From assembly GCF_006345805.1 (NCBI RefSeq), contig NC_043001.1, positions 12,896,001 to 12,960,000 on the forward strand: a stretch of DNA of 64,000 bases, written 5' to 3'. Source of the stretch: Octopus sinensis (taxonomy: Eukaryota). The position numbers were made by a program, and so were the translations under genes. The notes beneath the pieces are model-generated. The model ran no database searches. It was not told the origin of the DNA and worked only from the letters and a program-made list of their open reading frames with translations. Positions 63,811 through 64,000 of the stretch are shown here, piece by piece (positions within the stretch are counted from its first letter, which is position 1; each line of letters starts with the position of its first letter).

Positions 63811-64000
63811 CATATATACATACATAGATGGATAGGTAGATAGAGAGAGAGCTAGGTAGAAAGATAGACAGACAGACAGTGTGATATATGCATATATATG
63901 CATATGAGATTATGAATACATCTTTCTTTCTCATAGATATATGTGTAATTACATCATTGTTCCCTTGTCATAGTTGTACGTACATGTGCGCATACGTTTT

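Overview
AT-rich eukaryotic genomic DNA packed with microsatellites and transposon remnants. The tRNA-derived SINE families and repeat style point to an octopus (coleoid cephalopod); this is an inference from recalled families, not a database result. No complete host gene is visible. There is one plausible orphan terminal exon (58042-58151, minus) and a few weak exon candidates. The rest is mobile DNA: (1) about 28 copies or fragments of four tRNA-headed SINE families; (2) several Penelope-like elements (PLEs) with RT and/or GIY-YIG remnants, inverted or direct pseudo-LTRs, and short solo pLTR-like units carrying minimal type I hammerhead ribozyme motifs; (3) a CR1/L2-group LINE 3' end whose terminal stem-loop is shared, with changed sequence but preserved pairing, by the most abundant SINE; (4) an R4/Dong-type RLE LINE and an unexplained ~555 bp unit, both in (TAA)n; (5) a decayed Gypsy element with LTR, tRNA-Pro PBS and gag; (6) mariner, Tc2/pogo-like and Helitron non-autonomous elements and several long foldbacks. 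Almost all ORFs in the supplied track are microsatellite or SINE artefacts. All alignments and RNA folds were done by eye, and most element boundaries are approximate.
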